Positions 28,341-38,221 of a stretch of DNA of 64,000 nt are shown here, piece by piece (positions within the stretch are counted from its first letter, which is position 1; every line of letters begins with the position of its first letter). The stretch comes from Myxococcales bacterium (GTDB lineage: Bacteria; Myxococcota_A; UBA9042; JABWCM01; BTVJ01). Both the position numbers and the translations under genes were made by a program. Below the pieces are notes generated by a model. The model was not told the origin of the DNA and searched no databases. It worked only from the letters and a program-made list of their open reading frames with translations. Where the stretch lies: the NCBI GenBank assembly GCA_045863395.1, contig BTVJ01000011.1, positions 94,503 to 158,502 on the forward strand, in the 5' to 3' direction.

Positions 28341-29330
28341 TCATGGGACGGGCTCCTTGTCGGGGCGCCGGAACAGGCGAAGCACTTCCTCAGTTAGCGT
28401 CTCCCGCGTGCGAGCGCTCGCCTCCGCCAGCAGTTTCTCATCGGTGAGGTACGTGAAGTCGCGCCATCGGTACCCGATCACGGCCAGACCAGTGCCCTGT
28501 TGGTTGAAGGCCAGGAAATCGATGGTCTCCGAGCCGAGCTGGAACGACCACTCATCTGGCGTCGACTCCATCGAACGAACGGTGACCACTCCGTATTGAG
28601 TTCCAGCGGCCGTGATGGACGGAGTGGAACCTGCTGGAGGCCGGTACGAAGCTGACGGACCGTCGCACGCGGCGATGTCCCAGTCGGCGTGTGGCTCGAG
28701 GTCGCCTTCATCGCTACCCGACCAGCTTTGCCAACGACCACCAATGATATACTTGGTGTGAATGGCCACGGGGAGGCCCTGCGCATTGAACGCGACGGCG
28801 TCGACCGCGCGTTCGCCCGTGCTCGTCTCCTCAAGCGCACTCCGGTCCCATTGACGCATGGTGCCATCCACTGCACGCGTCCAGATGGCCTCGTCGCCGA
28901 CAACGATGTTGTCGATGGCCTTCGCGTGCCCCCACTTGCGACGTGACGGGCGCTCCTTCTCCACCTGGGTCAGAAGAGAGCCGTCATCGAACCCGACGAG
29001 CAAGGTTCTGTCGGCGATCACCGCGACGGTTGCGCTCCCACTGGAGGTGCAGACCGGCACCAGGCGAAAGCCGGGGTCAGCGACAGCCCGCGTGATCGCC
29101 AAGCGGACTTCGGCGTGGACCCAGCGCTCGGGCGCCGCTCCAGTGAGCAGTACGAGGCAACTCCTGGCCCCCTGCATCCCGGCCTCGAGCGCCCGCTGCC
29201 ACACCTCGCCCGGCAGGATGGACGTCTCGTCGAAGAACACCCGTTGGCCAGCCCCGATGAGGACGTCCCGGAGCCGCCGGGCAAGCTCCCGGTCGGAGCC
29301 GTGATAGCTCAAGAAGACGTCCCAACCCAT
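28341..29330 (-). CDS. TIR domain fused to a partial WD40 propeller (probably an internally deleted TIR-NTPase-WD40)
   Basis: WDVFLSYHGSD...WVHAEV, then GH..AI...DGTMRQWD, VAFNAQG and a C-terminal LLAEASARTRETLT tail; RBS AGGAGG. Confidence 0.75.
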   Translation of the reverse strand: MGWDVFLSYHGSDRELARRLRDVLIGAGQRVFFDETSILPGEVWQRALEAGMQGARSCLVLLTGAAPERWVHAEVRLAITRAVADPGFRLVPVCTSSGSATVAVIADRTLLVGFDDGSLLTQVEKERPSRRKWGHAKAIDNIVVGDEAIWTRAVDGTMRQWDRSALEETSTGERAVDAVAFNAQGLPVAIHTKYIIGGRWQSWSGSDEGDLEPHADWDIAACDGPSASYRPPAGSTPSITAAGTQYGVVTVRSMESTPDEWSFQLGSETIDFLAFNQQGTGLAVIGYRWRDFTYLTDEKLLAEASARTRETLTEEVLRLFRRPDKEPVP

Positions 29331-29556
29331 CGCCCTGGCCTCCTGTTCTCGCAGTCGGTCATCCTATTGCACTGTGGCCAGCACTGTCACTCGGTTTTCG
29401 CACGGGCTGCTCCCAACGGCCCTCCGCCCGGTCGTGAGGGCCCCTGAGGCCGCCAGGGCGGTGAGGCGACAGAGGGTGTCGAGGACGCGGCGTGTGATGC
29501 CGAAGCGCAGATGGTCGATGTTCTTGCGAACACCCGCAACACCGAGCGCGGCTGGC

Positions 29557-31809
29557 TCATTGCCGGCCCCCGTCGGTTCCGGGAGCGGCAGCCGAATCGC
29601 CGTCTGCCCTCGGCGGGCTCCCCCGCAGTCGGCGCAGCAGCCTGCGCAACCCTCGCCTCAAGCCGACGAACGAGATTCCGTCCCCATCGCGGAGCTCCTG
29701 GAGGAGCGCCTCTCTCCTCGCGTCGCGCAGCGCCATGCGCCCGCCGATCTCCAGAAATGCCCAGGGGTGGTCTGGCGCGTCCGTGGCACAGAAGGCGACG
29801 GCCGTGTCCCTGACCAGCGACGCGCGCGTCATCGCATAGCCGCTATAGATGAGCGCGTGCGCCTCGTCCCGGGAGAACCGGTCGAGGTCCGTGCGGATCC
29901 TGCTGATCGCGCGCTGCATGTCTCGCGGCACGCCATAGTCCGTCTCACCCGCGTCGGGGTCTGGGGGGCTCTTCGGGTCCTTCGCACTCTCCCAGTCGAC
30001 CGGCGCGCTCTCGAGGCCCTCCGACAGGTGCAGGAAGAGGACGTGCTTCATGCGCCCCGCGCGCTCCTGGGCACCGAGCAGACGATACTGGAGGCGACGA
30101 ATGGTGGTCATCATCATGTCCGTGACGCGGCTCGGCGGGATCATGGCCCAGACGAACGGGCGCCTGCGCGCCGTCGCTGGGGCGCTCGCGTCGCTCACGA
30201 TGACCGCGGTGCAGTCCTGCTCGTCGAGCCCGAACGTGCCCTGATTGTCCGCCACGCCGCCGTCCACGAGGCGCACGGTGCGGTCCGGGTAGAGGCCGGC
30301 GACTCCCCGCGCTGGAAAGAACAGAGGCACCGACGCCGAGGACGCTACCGCCTCTCCGAGCGTGGTGTCACCAGTGCTCTCGGGCGCGTCGTGGTGGTAC
30401 AGGCGGCGCAGCCGCTCCTCGGAGTCGATTCGGTGCTCCATGGAGTAGGGGGGCTCGCCCATCCAGCTCACGCTGTACTGCCAGTTGTGGCCCGTGTTGA
30501 CGGACGTCGCGTTGATCAGCAGCTCTGGGAGCTTCGCCCGGCGCCGCCAGTTGTCCCGCCGCGGGTTGAACTGCCCCTCCCGCAGCTTGAGGTCGCGCAG
30601 CCGCAGGCTCTTCCCCGGCCTGATCCGGCCGTAGAGGCGCGAATCCAGCGCCCTCGCGAGGGCCGCGGTCGGGCTGGCGAGGCGGAAGAGTGCCCTGAAC
30701 GCTGCCCACCGGACGTTTCCCCCGACGGCCACTGCCTCGAAGTCTCCGATCAGGTTCTCGACGAGCCCTACGTAGTCGTCGCGGGTCGCGGAGTCGTCCT
30801 TCTGCTCCATCAGCCCGAGGAGGCGGAGGTAGAGGGCGGCGCCCACGATGGACCCGCCGGAGACACATGAGAGCACCTGGACGTGACGCAGGACGTCCGT
30901 CTCGGCCAGCCGGGCCAGCACCCCCAGGTGGAACAGGGACGCGCGGAGGCCGCCGCCCGAGAGCGCCAGGCCGATCTTGTCTCGAGGTCCTCGGAGCAGC
31001 CCAGGTGCAGCGGTCGTGCAGACATCTTCGAGCAGAGCCATCGCGCCTGCCCCTGCTGCGGTGTCTCGCCGGGCGAGGACTTCCGCGAGGGTCGTGAGCT
31101 GGCGCATCGTCGACTCCCACTCCCATGGAGCGGGGTCCGCGGCGTGGGCCGCATCAAGCCAGCGTCGGGCCGCCTCGAAGTCACCGAGCCCCAGGGCCGC
31201 CTCGGCGCCGGTCGCCAGACGCCACCAGTCCAACCCGGTGCTTGGCTCCGGACCGATCATCGCGAGAATCTGCCGGCGAATGCAGGTCGCCTCCTGCTGA
31301 AGCGCAGACGTGCGAGATAGCGCCGTGGGGAGCTCTGAGAGGCGCTCCTTGTCGGCGATCAGGTCCAGCAGGAACGCGGCGTTGATCCCCGTATAGCCCG
31401 AGTCGTCGTCCTTGCGCGCGGCCCAGCTTCGGAGGTAGTAGTGGGCGGACCGCTCCAGGTGCTCCCGCTGCGCCTCGATCTCCCAGCGGCGCTTGTGGAT
31501 GGCACCTGCCAGCCCGAGAGTCTCCTGGTCGGTGGATTCCCGAAGTGTCTCGACGTCGGGCTCCGAGTCGAGGATCCCCAGCGCATCGTCGGTCGCCGCC
31601 ATGCGACGGAGGTTCGGGTCCTTGTAGGTCCAGAGCGCATGACGCTGTCGCAGCAGATTCCACAGCGGCAGAAGCGTGGGTGGGGGGGACGGGTTGCGGT
31701 GAGGCCGAAGCTCTGCCGCGAGGCGGCACGCGGCGTCGAAGTCGCTCTTTCGTGCGAGCTCCCCGCCCCGTATCAGTGCATCGCGCAGCGTCTCCTCTGT
31801 CACATGCAT
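29557..31809 (-). CDS. Patatin-like phospholipase with N-terminal TPR-S/DUF4071 domain
   Basis: LALSGGGLRA, CVSGGS (nucleophile Ser), DGGV; N-terminal ETLGLAGAIHKRRW, YTGIN, DWWRLAT; RBS AAGGAGG. Confidence 0.88.
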   Translation of the reverse strand: MHVTEETLRDALIRGGELARKSDFDAACRLAAELRPHRNPSPPPTLLPLWNLLRQRHALWTYKDPNLRRMAATDDALGILDSEPDVETLRESTDQETLGLAGAIHKRRWEIEAQREHLERSAHYYLRSWAARKDDDSGYTGINAAFLLDLIADKERLSELPTALSRTSALQQEATCIRRQILAMIGPEPSTGLDWWRLATGAEAALGLGDFEAARRWLDAAHAADPAPWEWESTMRQLTTLAEVLARRDTAAGAGAMALLEDVCTTAAPGLLRGPRDKIGLALSGGGLRASLFHLGVLARLAETDVLRHVQVLSCVSGGSIVGAALYLRLLGLMEQKDDSATRDDYVGLVENLIGDFEAVAVGGNVRWAAFRALFRLASPTAALARALDSRLYGRIRPGKSLRLRDLKLREGQFNPRRDNWRRRAKLPELLINATSVNTGHNWQYSVSWMGEPPYSMEHRIDSEERLRRLYHHDAPESTGDTTLGEAVASSASVPLFFPARGVAGLYPDRTVRLVDGGVADNQGTFGLDEQDCTAVIVSDASAPATARRRPFVWAMIPPSRVTDMMMTTIRRLQYRLLGAQERAGRMKHVLFLHLSEGLESAPVDWESAKDPKSPPDPDAGETDYGVPRDMQRAISRIRTDLDRFSRDEAHALIYSGYAMTRASLVRDTAVAFCATDAPDHPWAFLEIGGRMALRDARREALLQELRDGDGISFVGLRRGLRRLLRRLRGSPPRADGDSAAAPGTDGGRQ

Positions 31810-32147
31810 GGCCGGGCCTCCTTGGGGGTGTTCCTCGCGTCGTGTCTGGGGGAGTCTGGGAGCAAGGCGCCGTGCGATGCGCTGCTTGGCTGGGGTGGAG
31901 CGGGCACATCGCAGGAGCGATGGTGTGTGTCCCTGAGGGATGCACAGCGCATCGTCCCTGCAATGGGGCGCAGTCACCGTGAGTTGGAGGGCCATCGCAT
32001 GTGCAACGGAGCGACATCCGCTCGGGGCTCGCGGTCATCGCGGGTGCCATGGACTTCGTCGCTCGGGTGAAGCGCCTCATGCGCGCATTGCAGCGAGGCA
32101 TGGCGCGACCGGGGAGCCAGCTGGTGCGGGCGCTCGTGACGCCGCCG

Positions 32148-32846
32148 CTATGCCAGCGCCTGAGGGGCTGGCGGAGCGAGTTCGGGAGCGGTGGCCTTCG
32201 CGGGCGCCGCCTTCTTGGGCTTCGGCTTGCGGACGGAGGGAAAGCAACGGTCGGCCTTCGCCTTGCCCACCGACTCGATGAGGGCGCCATAGGTCTTCTC
32301 GAGCTGGCGGTCGAGGGCCTGCTCGGCGGAGGCGAGGCGCGTCGAGACCAGGGAGTAGGCGGTATTTGCGTCGTCGACGGCCTTCGCCGCCTGCCGGTAG
32401 GCGGTGATTCCGTCCTCGACCTTCGGGACGGCCTCCTGGCGGACCGGGTCGGTCTCGGGGAGGTACTCCACGAGGCGGTCTCGGAGTTCGCCGTACCGCT
32501 TCGTCTCCTCGTTGATGGGGGCGGAGATGTAGTAGTCGATGCCCGAGTGGAAGATGGAGACATACGGCTCCTCGCGGGCGGCGGCGACAGAGCGAGACGC
32601 CAGGTCCAGGCGCGCCCTCTTGGCGACGTCGTCGAGTGCGGCGTCTGCGAGATCCCGGTCGGTGAGAGCGTCGTCGACGGGCTCCGCGGCGTCTTCCTCT
32701 TCGCGGCCGACCGTCTTCACGAGGCTGGCGACGGTCTCGAGGTTCTTCGCCAGAGTCTCGTGGCCGAGTCGGCGCACGCGGCGCACCACCTTGCGGGCAT
32801 AGCGGTACCGCTTCTGGTACCCGGTCGTCTCGGGCAGCTTTGCCAT
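32148..32846 (-). CDS. Hypothetical alpha-helical protein with basic Pro/Lys tail (232 aa)
   Basis: Strong RBS AGGAGGAG before MAKLPETTG; coiled-coil-like sequence with typical codon bias. Confidence 0.8.
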   Translation of the reverse strand: MAKLPETTGYQKRYRYARKVVRRVRRLGHETLAKNLETVASLVKTVGREEEDAAEPVDDALTDRDLADAALDDVAKRARLDLASRSVAAAREEPYVSIFHSGIDYYISAPINEETKRYGELRDRLVEYLPETDPVRQEAVPKVEDGITAYRQAAKAVDDANTAYSLVSTRLASAEQALDRQLEKTYGALIESVGKAKADRCFPSVRKPKPKKAAPAKATAPELAPPAPQALA

Positions 32847-32907
32847 GGTTGGGCTCCTCCTGGGGTTTGACTGACTGTGTCGGAGTAACACACGGTCGGC
32901 GGAGGCG

Positions 32908-35900
32908 TCAAGAGGTCGTTGTGGGGAGAGAGTCGAGGAGGAGCTGGAGCTCGACGGCGTCGCTGTAATGGAGGGCTGGGAGGGCGGCCTCGGCGGTCGC
33001 GTGGTCACCGCTGAGGAGGGCCGCAATGGCGCGGGCTGGGGCTTGGATCCAGTCGGGAACCTCTGGACCGGTGGCAAGCGCCGTGAGCTGGTCGGCGGTC
33101 GCAGCGCCCGCTGTCTGGTGGACCGCCTCGGCAAGAACCGCGACGAGTTCGGCGCTCTGGAACTTCGGGGCGCCGCCCTGGGCGCGGTAGCCGTGGTACC
33201 ACTCGATTGCCCTTGCGCGAGCGGCGATGGCGGCCGGCACGTCGTTGCGGGCCCGGGCGATGTCGTGGAGGATGTCCCACGTGGTCCATGGGAGGGCAGC
33301 GAGGCCGAGGGGCTCCTTGAGTTCGGCGGCGCGGAGCGCCTCCCACTCGGCTTCGTTGAGGCGCCCGAGGCGGTAGAGCCCAAGAGCGAGGTTGTTGCGC
33401 GACATGGACTCGCCCATGCTATCTTCGAGTCGGCACCTGGTTTCCAGGGCACGGCGCTCCCAGTCCACGGCCTCCTCGAACCGGCCAGCGACACAGGCGA
33501 CGCTCCCGAGCTGGGAGAAAGTTGACGCCATGCGGGCAAGGGTCCCTTGCGAGTGACTGAGCGCCAGCGACCTCCTGTAAGCGTCCTGGGCGACGTCATG
33601 GCGGCCGATGTGTTGGAGGGTCCTGCCGATCTGGTGCCAGGCTGTCGCGACGCTCTGCGGTTCGCCGAACGATTCGAAGCCAAGGCGTGCGTCGTGGAAT
33701 CCGCGAAGCGCCTCGTCGCCGCGGCCCTGAAGCATGCGAGTCCCCGCAAGGTGGCTCAGGACGACAGCCACGGTTCGCTCATCGCCGCGTTGACGGGCGC
33801 GCTCGATTGCCCGCTCGTAGCACGTTGCTGCCTCGTCGTACCGGCCCAAGTCGTTGAGGCAGTCTCCATCCTCCTTCAGACAGGCAGAGGCCATGCGATC
33901 GGCGTTCGCGCTGCCGGCAGATGATAGCGACTCGAAGATCCTTCGCGCTTGCCCGATGGCCTGGAGGCCCTCGGCCGACTGTCGCGCCCGCCTGAGCGCC
34001 CAGCCGAGAGAGTACCACGCCATTGCCCGGTCGTAGTCGGCACCGGCGTAGGGATCTTGGCCGGCTTCTGCCGCGGCTTCGCCTCGCAGGACGAGCTGGC
34101 GCGCAGCTTCGATGGCCTCCGCGAGCTTTCCTGCCTCGATAAGGCGGTCGATGGCGCTCTTTGCCGCCTCACATTGCCTGTGCGTCCATCGCCCATCGCC
34201 GCCGAGCCGTGCGGCAAGCCTCGCGCGAAGCGCGGCAACGCCTTCCAGCGCTCGCTGCTGCGGCGTGAACTGGAGGAGTCCCTCAAGCCTCGTAGCGACC
34301 CCGATCACCTGCTCGACGCGCTCCGCGCCCTCACCCGCTTGCGCACCGAGGTGATCCAGCACGCGGAGGAGGTTCGGGAGTTCTAGCTGCGCCAACGTCG
34401 TCGCGACCCGCACCTGCGCGCTGAACTTGAGCCTATACAGATGGGTCACCAGGCCCACGTACGCCTCGACCACCCGCTCCCACGCCTCGGCCCGCTCTTC
34501 CTCTGTCCGCTGCTCCCTCAGCTCGGCCTCGAGCGCGTGGGGGAACGCCGAATCGAAATGCAGGTAGCTTCCCTCGCGTCGGAGCAGCGCCCGCGCCTCA
34601 ATCTTCCGGACCAGCGCCTGGCCGTCCTCCTCCCCGAGCCCGAGCACCATCTGCAGCACCGGCTCGACCGCCCCAACCCGCAGGAGCCCGATCTCCCGCA
34701 CCACGTCGCGGAGCCGCGCCGGCAGACGGTCGAGGCTCAAGCGCAGGCTGGCGTACAGCGACCGCTCGCGCCCGCCGCCCGTCGCGTCCATCTCGTCGAG
34801 CAGCCGGCACAGGTCCGTCGTCACCGCGCGGACGCCGCGCTCACGCAGCAGCGGCGGGAGAAGCACGAAACTCCGCGGGTGGCAGCTCACGGCGCGCACC
34901 ATGTCCCTGAGCGCGGAGGTCTGCTCCTCCACCGCGTCGGCAGGGGGCACCCCGTGGGCGCGGCACGCCTCACCGACCAGCGCGACCGCCTCCTGCTCGT
35001 GCAGCCCACCGATCCGCAAGATCTGGGGTCGATGAGCCCCGCCTTCTCGGGCCGTGCGACCACGACGAGCACGCGGAGCCCATCGCAGGTCACTTCCGTC
35101 GCCCTGCCTCTGCGGCTGGCCACCACGACATGCCGGCGCACGGCGACACGTGGCTGCTCCTGGAACAGGTAGGCCGCACCGTCGTGCAGCAGGTCCCAGG
35201 GGAGCGCCAGCGCCGCCGCCGCCCCGCGCGCGGCCGTCGTACCGGTCGTCGACCTGGCCACTGCGTCTCCCGCTGTCCTGGGCGCCGCTCCCTTGGCAGA
35301 CGCCTCTCCCGCTCCGACCTGCACGGTGAGCAGCCGCCGCCCTCCCTCGCTCTGGTCGAGCCAGCCGTGCAACAGCTCTTCCGCTTCCGGCACCGAGCCG
35401 CGAACCGCCTGCAGCATCGCGTGCCCCCAGCGCGGCAGGTCCGCCTCGATCTGTCGCGCCCGCGCCGCGAACACATCCCCAGGCCACAAGATGCAGCTCT
35501 CCAGAAACCAGCGCAGGGCGTCCGCCTCCGGCTCCCCGAGGGGCGCGCGAAATCGTCCCACCTCGGACAGCGCCATCCCCTCCCCGCTGCCGGTCGCGCG
35601 CCGGAGCAGCCGCACGTCGGCCACGGCTGACGTCCGCCTCGCCCAACCGCGCCGCCACCATCGTCGGCGCCCGCAGCTCAATCACCAGCTCGGGCAGCTC
35701 CTCCGTAATCCGCTCGACAGGCGGAGGCAGCGGCTCGGCGATCTCTCCGAGCGAGAACAGGATCTGCTCGAGCCCGAACCCGAACCGCTTCCCCGCCCCC
35801 ATGTCGACGTAGAGCCTCTCGCGCAGCGGCCGCAGCTCCCCCTCCAGCTCCTCCGGCGCCACGTCCCAGAGCACGGGAATGACGAGGAGTCCGCCGGCCC

Positions 35901-36175
35901 GCGTTCTCGACGCCGAGCCCGATGCGCGCCTCCGCGTGCACCCACCGCTTCCCGAGAGACTGCCGGGTCAACAGCAGCACCTGTGACCGCGCCCGCCCCA
36001 GCGCATTCGCGATGAAGTCCGCCAGCACGACCCCCGCTCTCGCCTGCTCGGAGTCCACCCAGCACGGAACACGAAGCCCCGTGAGCCACCGGGAGACCCG
36101 CGCCGCCAGCGCATCGTCCTCCGTCGCATGGGTCACGAATAACAGCGACTCCGCAATGGCTCCCTCCACTCCCAT
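32908..36175 (-). pseudogene. Disrupted TIR-CHAT-(NTPase remnant)-TPR gene
   Basis: TIR (LFVTHATED..WVHAE) shifts frame at ~35895 into LLVIPVLW, shifts again at ~35630 into the CHAT N-terminal part (LPWDLLHD, LRVLVVVARP), then joins at ~35025 to GLHEQEAVAL..HPRSF and TPR repeats. Confidence 0.75.
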
Positions 36176-36322
36176 GCTCGGCGCCTCGAGGTGAATCCCG
36201 CGACCGTACCCCGCCTGCCCTACACCGGTCAGCCGGCAGTCACCTCGATGCCATCACGAGATGGAGCGCTGACCCGGGAACTCTGCCGCCAGCGCGGCGG
36301 GCGGGCGTCGTTGCGCCGTCAG

Positions 36323-36868
36323 TCACTCATGGTCTGCGGGCCAGAGATACCCTTGCTGATGAAGGGCCTTCCATCCGAATGGGAGATAGTGTGGCGCTGG
36401 CCTCTGAAGATACGCGAAGAACTCCAAGGTGTCTGATCGTGCCAGAAAACCGCGGTGCTCGGCGGCCAGGCAGACGTCGAGTAGATCGCAGCAGACGACT
36501 CCCTCAGCCATTGCTGCGTGATACAGAGCGGCATCGTCGGTGATCAGCGGTGCGCTACTCTCCTGCGCAAGAATCAGGAGCCCTGTGTCGTTGATGCCGG
36601 GGGCCAGACCGCCCAGCTTCGCCTCCAGACAGCGAACTCGATTGGCCGCCTGCCGAAAGTCCATCTTGCGCACATCGAGGCGCCTTGCATCCTCGAGCTG
36701 GGTGAGCCACTGCGACAGGCCGTGACGGACACACTCGGTCTGAACGGCGCGCGTGAGCAGGTATACCGGTCGGCCGCACACAGTGTCGAGCAGCTCGAGG
36801 AGCGTGCCCGCACCAGCGGTCATCGACTGCGCGTGAATCGCTGCGCACGTGTCGACTACGATGTCCAC
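36323..36868 (-). CDS. PIN-like domain protein
   Basis: IVVDTC, E, INDTGLL, LITDD acidic pattern; overlaps the upstream ImmA gene. Confidence 0.7.
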   Translation of the reverse strand: MDIVVDTCAAIHAQSMTAGAGTLLELLDTVCGRPVYLLTRAVQTECVRHGLSQWLTQLEDARRLDVRKMDFRQAANRVRCLEAKLGGLAPGINDTGLLILAQESSAPLITDDAALYHAAMAEGVVCCDLLDVCLAAEHRGFLARSDTLEFFAYLQRPAPHYLPFGWKALHQQGYLWPADHE

Positions 36869-37998
36869 ATCGCGACCAGATGTTCCATCTCCGGGGCGGT
36901 CAGGCGGAGGAACTCCCTACCCCGCGAAAAGGAGAGCAGCTCACACTCCATGGCCAGGCGAACGAGCCGCAGCAGAGCCCCTCGCCGCGTTGCGGGGATT
37001 GACTGGGGGTCGTCGTCGATATGGAGCTGCTCGACCTCGGGCCACGAGTCGTGGGGGATCATCATCACGCCCGGATCCACGAACGGGGGGCCTCCGGGAG
37101 CGTTGCCGAGCTGGCGCGCAACGGCCACCGGGCCCATCCCGAACTCCTGGCACAGTGCGCGGATGCGGTCAGCCGGGAGGCCATCCATCTGCCTCCAGCG
37201 GTGTAGGAGGAGGTCGCTCGGGCCGAGCAATTCCACCTGAAATGCGCGGGCTCTCCGCTCGATGTCCTCTGTTCGCGCGTCTGCGCCTGCGTGCCCCATT
37301 CTCTCGAGTTGGCAGAAGGTGCGCACGTCACGCATCTTCTCTCGATCAAACAGAAGGTGGCAGATCTCATGGGCGAGCGCCGTCCGTAGAGAGAGCGGGC
37401 TGCGCGCGGCCGGGCTGTCGGCATTGACGAGGATGACCGGTCCGGTATCGCGTGACCAAGCGGACAGGGCATCCACGGCCCGGTCGGTGAACCGGCCAGT
37501 GAACAGCAGCACTCCGAGCGGGTCGCAGACCTCGCGGACCATGGACCCGATGACGCCGGTCAAGCCCAGCCGCTCGCGGACCCGGGCCGCAAGGCGCGCC
37601 GCGACGCCCGACTCCGGATGGCGCAGGTCGCGGTCCTCGCCGAAGTTCGTCACGGGCACCGCGGGCTCGATGCCAAGCAGCGCCTGCACCTCGCGCGCGT
37701 CGTGCGCCGCCGCCATGGCCTCTGCCATAGAGAAGCGCGCGTCGGCCGTCAGAGTCTGGGCGCTGCCTTTGAGCAGCGCAGCGATTGGCACGTCTTTTGC
37801 GCTAACCTTGTTCGTCTCCAGGATCCGCGCGATGTCCACCCCATAGAGGGCGGACAGCTTCAGACCGTCATCGACGTCCAGGTCGACGTCGCGCTCGATC
37901 TCCGAAAAGCGCTTGCGGGTCCACCCACCGGCAGCGGCGACCTCGGCGGTCGTGAACCCGAGTCGCGTCCGGAGTCTGAGAAGGATCGGCTCGGTCAT
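36856..37998 (-). CDS. XRE HTH + ImmA/IrrE metallopeptidase
   Basis: N-terminal HTH (LRTRLGFTTAEVA), TALAHEICH (HExxH), ERRARAF. Confidence 0.88.
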   Translation of the reverse strand: MTEPILLRLRTRLGFTTAEVAAAGGWTRKRFSEIERDVDLDVDDGLKLSALYGVDIARILETNKVSAKDVPIAALLKGSAQTLTADARFSMAEAMAAAHDAREVQALLGIEPAVPVTNFGEDRDLRHPESGVAARLAARVRERLGLTGVIGSMVREVCDPLGVLLFTGRFTDRAVDALSAWSRDTGPVILVNADSPAARSPLSLRTALAHEICHLLFDREKMRDVRTFCQLERMGHAGADARTEDIERRARAFQVELLGPSDLLLHRWRQMDGLPADRIRALCQEFGMGPVAVARQLGNAPGGPPFVDPGVMMIPHDSWPEVEQLHIDDDPQSIPATRRGALLRLVRLAMECELLSFSRGREFLRLTAPEMEHLVAMWTS

Positions 37999-38221
37999 GG
38001 ATCGCCTTCATGCCGTGCGTGCGGCAGCACCCCTTGTGATGCTGCGGCTTCGGAGAACGTAGCATTGCGGCGCGAAGGGGACAAGGCGGCGTGAGTGCGG
38101 AGCGCCGCCCGGCGCTCGGTAGCGCTGGTACCGCGCAATGGTCTTCGTGTTGGGTGCTGCTGTCGCATGGCCGATGGCGCGGGAGATGTCCCACGTCAGG
38201 GGCGTACTTGCGGAAGTCGAC

